From: Podarcis gaigeae
Taxonomy: Eukaryota
Direction: 5' to 3' (one strand)
Assembly (NCBI GenBank): GCA_964106915.2
Contig: OZ066914.1
DNA length: 64,000 nt
Positions within the stretch are counted from its first letter, which is position 1; each line of letters opens with the position of its first letter. Made by a program: the position numbers and the translations under genes. Under the pieces are notes generated by a model. It saw only the letters and a program-made list of their open reading frames with translations. It ran no database searches and was not told the DNA's origin. Below, in pieces: positions 1 to 10,900 of this stretch.

Positions 1-566
1 GATACAAAATCAAGGAAGCTTTGTAGTAGCTTAGAGTTTTTAAAGTAATGAATTCCACTGATTGTTGCGTCCGATCTGTATAGATGCAGAGAGGATGTAT
101 TGCAGAAGAGGCAGGTTATGTAGTATGTTGGTAGAGCTGGTAGGGGCTTTGTTGAACTTCCAAGGGATGGGAAACTGCTTAATAAGGAGTCACAGTTTGA
201 GAGTGTGCTATGGGCCACATTTCACTCCCACCCTTCTGTGGTGGCTACTCTTACCTTGCAGCTGCATTTCTCAGATTTCTTCAGGTGAAAGATGCTCTTC
301 TTTAGCAGTGTAACTTGTCTCATCCCAGAAGGAGGTATTTCTGCAGGAGCCACTCAAACCATTCATCACCACAGTTGCGAGAGACAGTGCTAAGGTATGT
401 TAGCCCTAAGGTGTTTGGGGGAATCCTACAGGAGGCTTCTCCTGGCTCTTGGGAGGAGGGTGTGTGTTAGTAAATATTTTCCCCTTTGCCGGGTGATAAG
501 CTTTTCAACATTGCAATGCATCACTGTAGCGTGATGTTTGGCTGGTGATACAGCACAGTGCTGAAA

Positions 567-665
567 AGCAGGGGGAGGAACAAGCTGCATTGGCCCCAAA
601 CCACCTCGGTGGGACCCTGGTGCGTTGCAGGGCTGGGGCTAATGCAGCTTGTTCCTCCCTCTGCT
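567..665. repeat. 32-bp inverted repeat (hairpin; possible MITE core)
   Basis: Arms 567-598 and 634-665 match 30/32; 35-nt spacer. Confidence 0.85.
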
Positions 666-1335
666 GCACTGAGGAAGGAATGAGTTGCATCAGTATACTC
701 CAGTGGTATACTGTGGGTGAAACCACTATTGCACTCTGATCCTCTATCGTCCTGGGCGATTCAGTTGATGAATGGTTTCAGTTAAGGTTCCTTTCCCCTC
801 AATGACATCAGATGAATAGCAAGAGTCTCTTGGCTACAGGGAAGAACTGGGAGGAGCTAGCAGCATTTGTGCATATCCATGGTTCTGGATTTCCTCTGCA
901 CACATCCATTTGGAATTGAGTATCCAGTTTCTCCCCCCCCCCCCACCTCCAGCATAAATTAAGCACATAACTACATTTGCAGTGCTGTGAAATTTATTAG
1001 TCACCACTTGGAGAGGGAATCACAGTACCAGGACCAAAGAACACTCAGATGAATAAGGCATGCACCAGCGTTCCATAAGCAGACAAGAGGAGAGGCTTTC
1101 CCACATATAGTTTGGCTGGTTTGAGATGTTAGCTTTACATAATTGCTTACTTGAAACAGAAATAAATACATTTGGCTATTTTTATAATATCACAGGGGAA
1201 CACAACATCTCTTGATAAGAAAAGCATTAAAACCAACACAGATTAGATGTTTCATTAAAAAATAAGATTAGTTTGGACTATGAGCTTGATTCCAAACAAA
1301 GAGGTTGAACTGAGAGCCAAACAATTCTCTTTTAG

Positions 1336-1517
1336 TTACAGATAGGTAGCCGTGTTGGTCTGTCATAGTCAAAACAAAACAAAATTCTTCCAGTAGCACC
1401 TTAAAGACCAACTAAGTTAGTTCTTGGTATGAGCTTTCGTATCTGAAGAAGTGTGCATGCACACGAAAGCTCATACCAAGAACTAACTTAGTTGGTCTTT
1501 AAGGTGCTACTGGAAGG
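1336..1517 (+). mobile_element. Penelope-like element terminal (pLTR) remnant with inverted duplication
   Basis: 13-bp direct flanks AATTCTCTTTTAG (1323-1335, 1518-1530); perfect 53-bp inverted arms 1388-1440/1463-1515; CTGAAGA...CGAAAGCT motif typical of PLE termini. Confidence 0.85.
1437..1476 (+). ncRNA. Minimal type-I hammerhead ribozyme motif (PLE-associated)
   Basis: GTAT-CTGAAGA-A-GTGTGC AT GCACAC-GAAA-GC-TC-ATAC: stem I GTAT/ATAC, core CUGANGA and GAAA, stem II hairpin, UC cleavage site. Confidence 0.7.
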
Positions 1518-1789
1518 AATTCTCTTTTAGATAATGTTTGAATACACAAGTCCATTTAATCAAGGTAGTGAATGGAGGCTGCCATGTTGGTATTTCCCAC
1601 TGGTTCTGTGATGACTAGAATGAGAGAATGTTTGTTGTGTAAAAGGCAATGCATATATATCATATATCAATGGGAAAATAATAAGGCACCTGAGAAAGTG
1701 TTTAAGGATTATAGCGGGCAGCCATTTTGTGAGGTGCCTTTTTATTTACCTTGTCAAAATGTCTCATAGAATATCGCCTCCATTTTGGC

Positions 1790-1963
1790 TTAAACAGCTT
1801 CTACATAGTTAGCTGGAAGCATTCCTGTTTTGCCTGTTCTTTGCACGGTCCCATACATCCAGCCTTCATCAATGGCCTGGACATTGACGATTGCATCACC
1901 ATCTTTGAAGGAGACTTCATCAGCATCTGCTGCAGTATAGTCATACATGGCACGATACGTCTT
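1790..1963 (-). CDS. NEB: NEB terminal coding exon, SH3 domain (~human exon 183)
   Basis: [57 protein letters not shown]; acceptor CAG at 1964-1966, TAA at 1790-1792. Confidence 0.98.
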   Translation of the reverse strand, partial: KTYRAMYDYTAADADEVSFKDGDAIVNVQAIDEGWMYGTVQRTGKTGMLPANYVEAV

Positions 1964-4900
1964 CTGTGGTGGTCATTTTAAAAGAAGAATAAATGCTGTT
2001 AGATTACCACCATACATGCAGTATGTTGGGCTAAACCATTTAAAATACCTTCAGTTTGCATTAAATTGCAATAATTTACTGAACTCTTATGATTATAGTG
2101 GTAGAAATGCTGTCATTAAAAAAATATTATTGTGAGTTGCTTTGAGCTCAGCTTTGTTGGTATAAAAGATATATATATAAATATTAAATAATCTTTTAGA
2201 GGAAGAAAAGGAGTGTTTAGAAATAAGACTATTATTCTCTTCCATCAGTAAATGTACATTCAAGATAACAATTCTGATCATTAATTTAGACATGTAGGTT
2301 TTTCTCCCCAATGCAACACAGGGACACAATTCAGAAATCTATTTCTTTGTACTTGTTACTCTTGCCATATGATAATTTATTTTCCTTACCCCTGCAGTAG
2401 ATGGATGAGAGGGGATGGAAGAGACTGTTGTCTGCTGAGTAGCAACAGAAGATGACCGTTGTTGTGGCAGCTCTACAGTTTTAGCATGTTTGTAGTCCAC
2501 TGGAAAGGGAAACGAAAAAATTGAATAATGAGAAACCAGCTGGAAGCTTTGATTCTCTTCAATAATTTCGCTGTGTTTTAATAAAACTTAAATGGGGCTT
2601 GGTTGCATTTTATGAGGGAATGGTGACAGCAGATGTAAAGCAGCAAAGATGATGTGGCTGTGTTATTTTAGATAAATAGTTCTACTTTAAAAAAAACACA
2701 AGAATATTGGTGTACAGAACTGTATTCTACCAGTGTGCTAACCCCCCCCCCCCCGGCTTGTCCAACGCTTGCTATTTTCTGCCCAGAAAAATAGCCCAAA
2801 AGGACTTAGAACTATTATCTGAAAGACAAATAAAGCTCTTTAGGACAAAGTGTCTCCCTGGCTATCTCTAATAGTATATAGCAGCTTGCATTGAACTAGC
2901 TACTGCAATTTTTGGCAATTCTGATTTGTTAGTGCTGCCTGTCCATTATAATCACACTACCCAAATTCACCTGAGTTTCGAAACATTACTGCATCATTTA
3001 TTCCGTCTCCCCAACCTGGCCACCTTCACACCATGCTCCTGTATGATTTGCAAGAAGCCCCAACTTAATAAATATTCAAATTTGTTGTTATGTCACTGGG
3101 GGAAGAGGGACAGAATTGTTTCCTGCAAAGCCTTTTTGTCTTTGGTCCTTATGAAACATACGGAAAAGTAACCATAACGGATGCTCTTAATGTTTTTTTG
3201 TTTTTACAATTTAATGTTAATATTATTAAAAGGCAAGACTTTGAACCTTGCCCCCCTCCCCCACCGCCTTGAAATAGCAGTACACACAACCTGAAAAGGT
3301 ATCCCTGCAAGACAAGTGCAGTCTTGAGTCCCTTGTACCTGATGTAGATGTGGTAAAGAAGCCTCCATTGCTGTAATAGGACATGTGCTGATCGGCAGCC
3401 TCTGAATGCTCAGATTTTTCATCTCCAGCACTGAGGCTTAGTGCACTGGCAGAGCGGGATTGCTCTCGGCTACGTCGCTGGGCTTGAACTAGGGAAGAAA
3501 GGTGAAGAAATTTACAGTGATGTCTTGAGGAGGAGTGTACTTGGTCAAAGGCAAAATTAACTAAAAATCAAAATGGAAAGTTACATTGTGGAGTGTTTAA
3601 AGCATTAAAACTGGAGGATAAAGGCTTGTATCCATCCACAGCCATTTGCATAATGTTACAGGATGCAAAACATACCAGTAATCAAGTGTAAGCTTCTAGA
3701 TTGAATGTTGTCTTCTGCTGGGTCATAGTCAAAGACTGATCCAGGATTAGTACGCCACACACGAAGATCTGCAGAAGACAGGTGGGTGGGGTATTTTAGT
3801 TTTATCCTTTGCCTCTAACTTCAAAGGTATAAGAAAACAAACATTTGCAGAATCCAACAGGTCATAAAATCCACACAGCAAAAAACTAATTTAGGAAATG
3901 CTTTGCAACTCACAGCTGAAATGTGACTTGACCAGAATGCTTAATGAATGGGAAAGAATGTTTTTCTTCTGCATTTTAACAATGTTAACCCACCACCAAC
4001 AAAAAAAGTTGCACCATTAGGGAAGAGCCCTTAGCGCAGTTGTCGAATGTATCATTTGCATGTACATTCTCCAGTATCTGGTAGGTAGGATGTGTGCCTG
4101 GTGCACCACCGATAGCAGGAGGTGACCAGCCCCACATGGAGTGCAAATACAATGCAGCAGTACCATATTTTTCACACTATAGGACACACTTTTTCCCCTC
4201 CAAAAATGAAGGGGAAATGTGTGTGCGTCCTATGGTGTGAATGCAGGCTTTCGCTGAAGCCTGGAGAGCCCCACCGCCAGCCCCACAAGCTCGGGGGACA
4301 GCAGGGAGGCAGAACGCCCACAAACTCGGGAGACAGCTGGAGAGGCGCAGCGCGCCATCCCGCTGTCTCACGACATGGTTTGGAGGCTGGCGGAGGGGAG
4401 AAGCCTGCTCCTCCCTGTCGCCAGCCCCGCAAACTCGGGAGATAGCGGGAGAGGCGCAGCGCACCATCCCGCTGTCCTCCGACTTGGCTAGAAGGCTGGC
4501 GGGGGGGGAGAAGCCTGCTCCTCCCCGTCGCCAGCCCCGCAAAGTCGGGGGACAGCGGGAGAGGCACAGCGCGCCATCCCGCTGTCTCCCGACATGGTTT
4601 GGAGGCTGGCGGAGGGCTTCCCCCTCCCCCAGCCGCGCAAGCTCTGGGTCCCGTTCTGGGGGAGGGGGAAGCTCGGGCTTCCCCAGCCCCGCGCCTGGGG
4701 GGGATTTTTTCCCCCTTTATTTCCCCCCCCCCAAAAAAATCTAGGTGCCTCCTATGGACCGGTGCGTCCTATAGTGCGAAAAATACGGTAAATGGTACAG
4801 ATAAGTGGTTGGAGTAGATGATAGTAGGCGAAATGGACCACCTCAGTATAAGGCACTTTCTCATGAATTAGTATGTGAATTGTCCAGGCAGATTTGGTTA

Positions 4901-7900
4901 ATTGGGAACAATTACAAGCATAGGATTCAGGACTCATGTATTCAATATCAATTTATCAAGGCAGAAAAGTGCATGTGTTTCATTGTTTATGATGTGAAAT
5001 GACATCTCTGTAAATAATTTTCTGCATATATTTTCAACTGTGACCATTATGTAAAGTTCACTTGCAGAGGGGAAAAAACCAAAGCATAAAATCAGAGTAC
5101 CTGTATTCATTTCTTGATCTTGATCTATCCGTTTTCGCTCCATTTCCACAACTCGTCTCTGAATGCCCCTGTAGTTAATATCACTGAAATCCTGCATGTT
5201 CTTCTTGACACGTTCTGTTATGGGGTCAGTAACTACAGGTGTGAAGCTGCCTTTGCTCTTTTCAAAGTCTTCATGGTATTTCACCTGGAATTTTCAAGAT
5301 AAGACATGGGTAGCTGGAATGGACATGCCATCAATTGTAGAAGGCAAGCAGAAATATAAATTCCTTAACTACCGTATTTTTTGCTCTATAAGACTCACTT
5401 TTTCCCTCCTAAAAAGTAAGGGGAAATGTGTGTGCGTATTATGGAGCGAATGCAGGCTGCACAGCTATCCCAGAAGCCAGAACAGCAAGAACATATTTTT
5501 TTTCTTGTTTTCCTCCTCCAAAAACTAGGTGCGTCTTGTGGTCTGGTGCATCTTATAGAGCAAAAAATACCGTATTTCAGAAGTACAATTAAACTTCACT
5601 GTGTTCACCAGATATGTCCATTTCCTGCAGTTTTTGTGACAGCAAACCTGATCTCTGCATTAGGGCTAGGCGATATTTGGTTTTCAGCATCATCATATGT
5701 CACCAGCTAAACATCACTATATACAGATACCATGATGTCTGAAATAAGGATGGTGGCTTCATGGTTTTCCCCGCATTGTGATTTTTGCTGGTGCCTACTC
5801 TTGTGATTCGCTGTCCCCTGCAGGAGGCAGGGAGCTGAGCCAGCAGTGTTAACCGGCTGCAGGAATCAAGAGAAGCATTGGCTGACTTCAAATTTCCCCC
5901 TGCATGTTTATTTTTGCAAAGCATGTGCGCACACAGCATGATTTGCAATCTATTGCCAGGTCAAAAATTATGAAACTGATATCATAATATGGGCTTCAAA
6001 GCAGTTTTTGGACAATATATCACCCAGCCCCACTCTGCATTTACCTTTAAATTAAATTTGTGCCTGGAACAGTTTCATCTTAAGGCATACTGAGCGCTGC
6101 TAAATAAGTCACCATGGCTGGTTTTACTTGTGCAGCCAGTTTCTTGGCTGCAAATACTTACGGTGGAAATGTGTCGCTGCGTCTCCCGAACACGTCTCAT
6201 TTCGGGGGTATCCAGGACAAAGGCTGCTTTACCTTGTACTTGTTTCCGGAAACTATCAGAGTAGAGGACCTAACAAAATGAGAAGATGTGAATAAACGTG
6301 GCCCAGCCAGTGAGAGAGCAGATTTTAAGAGAGGTATTATGTAGACATAAGAAATGAGGCATGAATGAAGAAGTGCTGAAGGCAGATGGATGCAAACATG
6401 ATGTGATCACCATTGAGGGGCTCATCACAAGATTATGCCACTGGTCTTTTTTTACTATAAATTGTGTGCCTTTGGAAGGTTATGGCTAATGTAAGCTTTG
6501 TTGATTTACATAGTTTCCAAACCCACCCCCAAGAACTGTAAGTGAAGCATAACACTTAAAGAATAGCAATAAAATAACAGAATACAGAAAGCTGCCTTAA
6601 ATCAGGTTGCATTATTTGTCTCTCCAGCCTAGTCTTGCCTATTCTGACTCAAGGGTCTCGAGCAAAGGAAGTCTTTCACAGCACCTGCTAGCTCCTTTTA
6701 AACAAAGGATGCCGGCCCTTACACCTGGACCTTCTGCATTTGAAGCATGTACTCTTAGCCTACCACTGACCTAGAGTCCTTCCTAAAATAAAACATTAAC
6801 TAAGTGAACAATACTGTTACTCGAAAGCAACCCCAGTTTAATGATGCAAGCCTTCATTCCAGGGTATTCTTATTTTATAGCACTTCTAGAAAATGCTCAG
6901 GCTTAAGACTTCCACAGTCCCATGGCAGCCATCAAGAGACCACCTCTACGTGCCCTTATTGTGGCAACTCAAAGCACAGATGATCTGCTCTCATTAAGGA
7001 ATATAAGAAAAGGGGGGGTCTCTGGCTGTTCCCAGCACCTTGAATTGTGTCTAGAAAGAAACAAAGGGACACAACGGACCATAAAGCACAAGAATGGGTT
7101 CTAGGTGTCCTACTCCCATCAAGCGTCTCTCCTTCCGCTGCATTGATTACCAGCAGAAGTTGTTAAAAAGTAACCAAGGACAGCCCAGTGTGGAGTGCAT
7201 GGTAGCAATCCAACTAAAAGTTGCATTGACAACAATGACTCTTGGAATGTTACAGCAAAATTTCACCAGAAATGTATGGAGGTGGCTTCCCCAAGCAACT
7301 CCCAGCAAATGAGTGGGTAGTGATGTCAAGAGTCCATTCTTTCAACGCACCCTACCTTTTGCAGTTACCTTTCAGCAGTTGCTTATATAGAAAAACATAT
7401 ATAATCTGGTTAGAAATAGTGGTCAGTTCGTCCATTCTTCAGAGCCCTCCTGGCTTTCCAAACAGATTCATTCTCTGTATTCAAAATGCAACTCCCCAAC
7501 TATTCCCCAAACAAACCACGTGATTTTTTCCCCCTGTCTTGAGACACAGCAGTAGATCATATGAATTAAAATGTTATCAACTGCTATTTCCCAGGCTGGA
7601 TCTAGACTGATCTTCTAAACGTAAAATAAAACATTCTATAGCATTTAATGGCAGCTTTTCTTTGCCGGTGGCTCGCTACTTTGTACCACCATCTGGTGTC
7701 ACATTTTAATAACACATTTCTAACATTTTAAACAAGTGTAGATCTGTCCCCAGTTGTCCCTCCTACATATATAGGCTCTTGACCAGGAGATGGTTGGCCA
7801 GAGGGACTGAACGGCCCTAAACGGACCCTGGGAGATGGAAGAAAAGCAATGGTTAGTGCTGTTGTCTCCAGCAGTTTATTTACCATAGAGCTTAAGCATC

Positions 7901-10900
7901 AATTAACTTAAATAGAATGTACTAATACCCCCCCCCCAAAAAAAAAACCCCTACCCCTGTAAGAGTCTGCCACCCTATGCTGATTTTCTCTATAACCATT
8001 TATTTGGCTAGATCCTCCAAAACCAGCATGCAAGTGTTGCCATCAATTAAGTACTAATGGACACACAGTAATAAAGGTCCTTCAGCCTTCAGTGCAAACG
8101 TTTGGATGAGAACAAGGACAAGAAAGCAAGCTATAATTTTGACCACCTCTTGGTCATGCCAATTGTGTTGGCTCTGATGCTGTCCTTGTTGAACTGGCTC
8201 AACAATTGGCTCTCTCTTTGTAAATCTTGCTGTCAAAACATTTAAGATTGAAGTAGGCTTCTCAGATCAGTTAAGTACAAAAGGGGTAACTTGCATGCAA
8301 TATGCAAATAGAGCTCCCCCTTTCCTTTGAATTCATTTGGTACCTGCCTCTAGGTTTTGTATGCTGAATACATCTCTGAAACGAGCTGGTGCACAGAATA
8401 TATGTGCAAATATTGAGCACATGCCAATTTAATCAAGCTTCTGCTCTCTGTAGACCTGGGACCAAAGCATCTGCTACGCCCCCTCCCCCTGAGCTAGGGA
8501 CACCATCTTGGACCTTTGTATTTATGTAGACTATCGGCTGTTTTAAAGAAAGATTAAAAAACACAGAACAAACACCATTTCATTTGGTTAAAAACATCAG
8601 TAAACACATGATGTTACAAAATGTTTAGAGACCATTCAACTGTTATTTGAGGTCAGTGGTTGCTTAGAATTCCTTAAACTATATTTCAATGTAAATTCTA
8701 CATAACGAGGAATAAGAAACAATTAGAAACATATTTTAGGTGACATTTTTAGTATTTTAAATGTCAAAATAAAGTTATAATATTAATAAAGTTAATAGTT
8801 GGGTAAAGTGTTTAAATTGAGTAGGGAAAGTATTATACTTTTTAAGGTGTTAAAAAGATGTTATATATTTTCTAGGTCATTGAGGGTTTTTTTTCTCCTG
8901 AAAAATACCGAGCTAATGTTTTCTTGATTGCGTTTAGCTCTCTCCATCTCTGGAGTGATAGATGTCGGGGTTCCTTTTCCCATGCTTTCTTTGTACAACA
9001 CCTACAGCATACAAGAAAGTGTCCAGAAATCAAAGAATTAGATTATTGTTGATGAACCATTGTGTTAAGTTGTGTTACTGTTTAATCATCATCACTGCAT
9101 AGGTGGGTAAAGAATTCAAGAAACAAAGTGGTTAAAAAGTTATTGGATAAAGCAAAAAGCAAGAAGGGGGGAAAGGAAAAAGAAAAAGTATTAAAAAAAA
9201 TTAAAAGGAGTGTTTTCTTTAGGAATATGAAAATGGATAAGATTCAGATAAAATAGGTGCAGGACAAGGTTATATCTGATGATGTTACTTTTTTTAAAAA
9301 AAAGTATTTTTAAAAAATTCAATACCAAGCTAACGTTTTCTTGATTGCGTTTGACTCTTTCCATCTCTGGAGTGATAGGTGCTGGGGTTGCTTGCCCCAA
9401 ATTTTCTTTATACAAAACCTAAAGATTGTAAAAAGTATCCAAAAATCACAAAAATATAATGTGAATAAGACTATTGTTTGAAGGAAAAGTATAATAACTG
9501 GGGCGGCACTTCAAATGTAGGCATTTTGCAAAAACAATTAAAATTTTTAATAAAAAATTATAAAGACACCAGTGTAAAAAGTCACATAATAGAAACTGAT
9601 CTGTCCTGGTACAAGTGAAAGGCAAAATCCAAGGAGAAGAATGTACAACAGTGAATTAAGCAGGTAAAATAATTAAAAGAGGAATGTATTATTTTGAGAT
9701 CAGGATTCTATCCAGTAGGCAACATCCATCACTGTGTAATAGCTGTGCCCAGGAAAGTCATCACATATAAACTCATGGTCCAGTTTCTTGTCCTAGTTTT
9801 AACTACCGAATTACAAAGTATCTTGTGTCTCTCATTAGCTACATGAAACTTTTTTTGTTCAGTGTGCTGTTGGAAGACCACTTGGGCAGCATGTTTTTCA
9901 TGCTGGTGTTGGTTGTTCAGTTACTGAAGGGTGTTCCTGACTTTTGAGCCCTAAAACTCATGAATGCTGAGGCCTCTGAATGCTGAATTCTATGGAGATT
10001 TATATTGATAGGGTGGGGAAACTATTTTAAAGGCCTTTTTCTGAAATCCCATTATCAACAATGTACCAATTTGGAAAGTAACAGCATCAATCATGTTGTT
10101 GTCTGTTCCTGCCTACATGCCATTTCCTATGACATCTTGTGAAACCACCAGTTCATAAGTGTATGGGATGTTCAATCAAAATAATTTAGCGATTGTAGTA
10201 TTATTTTTCTCATTATTACAAATTCGTTTATCAAGAAATTTGTTATGTGGACCAGAAATCATATGGTCTAACAGTGTCTGGATAGAGTCCTATAGTCACC
10301 ACTGCAAGGTTATAAAAAAACCCCTCTATGGTCAGATTATTAAATACCAAATATCAGATTTACGGTATTTTATGAGTAAAATGTAAGTCGTTTAAATAAA
10401 TAGGAGTATCTTACTTAAGGAAGAAAGTATAGTTTTAGATACTAGAGGGGAAACAATTCCCACAGCTTGTTAGGATGTTATTTAAAATATGTATATTTGT
10501 TTTTAAAATGTACCGAGCTAATGAACTCTTGATTGCGCTTGGCTCTTTCCATCTCAGGAGTGACAGGTGTCTGAGTCCCTTTCCCCAATCCCTCTTTGTA
10601 CAAAACCTACAGGATACAAAAGAGTATCCAGAAATCATATCACGGCAGATTGCAAACAAACATTATTGGCTTGTAATGTTAATAATTGGATCATGCCAGC
10701 TTTCCAGGAAAGCTGGCTGGCTGTTGATTTCCGTGTCACCTGGAAGAGACACCAATCAATCAACACCCATAAAGGGAAAGAATCTAGTAGGATGAGAAAG
10801 TTGGAAAGGTATAAATACAAACCAAATGTGAAATTAAGCCAACTCCTAGTACTTATGTGTTAAAGCTTAGGTTGCAAAGAGAGTTCAGAAGATAGGGTGA

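Larger units (their letters stand above)
993..1746 (-). terminator. Candidate NEB polyadenylation signals (AATAAA 1741-1746, ATTAAA 1555-1560, AATAAA 993-998)
   Basis: Hexamers on the minus strand downstream of the stop codon; which is used cannot be determined from sequence. Confidence 0.4.

Noticed and set aside
1-420. Possible RIF1 3' coding exon or other exon-like units (plus-strand AAG|GTATGT at ~394; minus-strand 255-340 with AAG|GTAAG)
   Set aside because: No frame resembles RIF1 or any protein I recognise; splice-like words on both strands without partner exons
4122-4817. Several 65-167 aa GC-rich ORFs on both strands
   Set aside because: All lie within the tandem-repeat interior of a non-autonomous DNA transposon; no transposase motifs
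1790-6269. Assignment to nebulette (NEBL), LASP or NRAP rather than NEB
   Set aside because: WLxGxGC super-repeats together with [13 protein letters not shown]-repeats and a C-terminal SH3 identify nebulin
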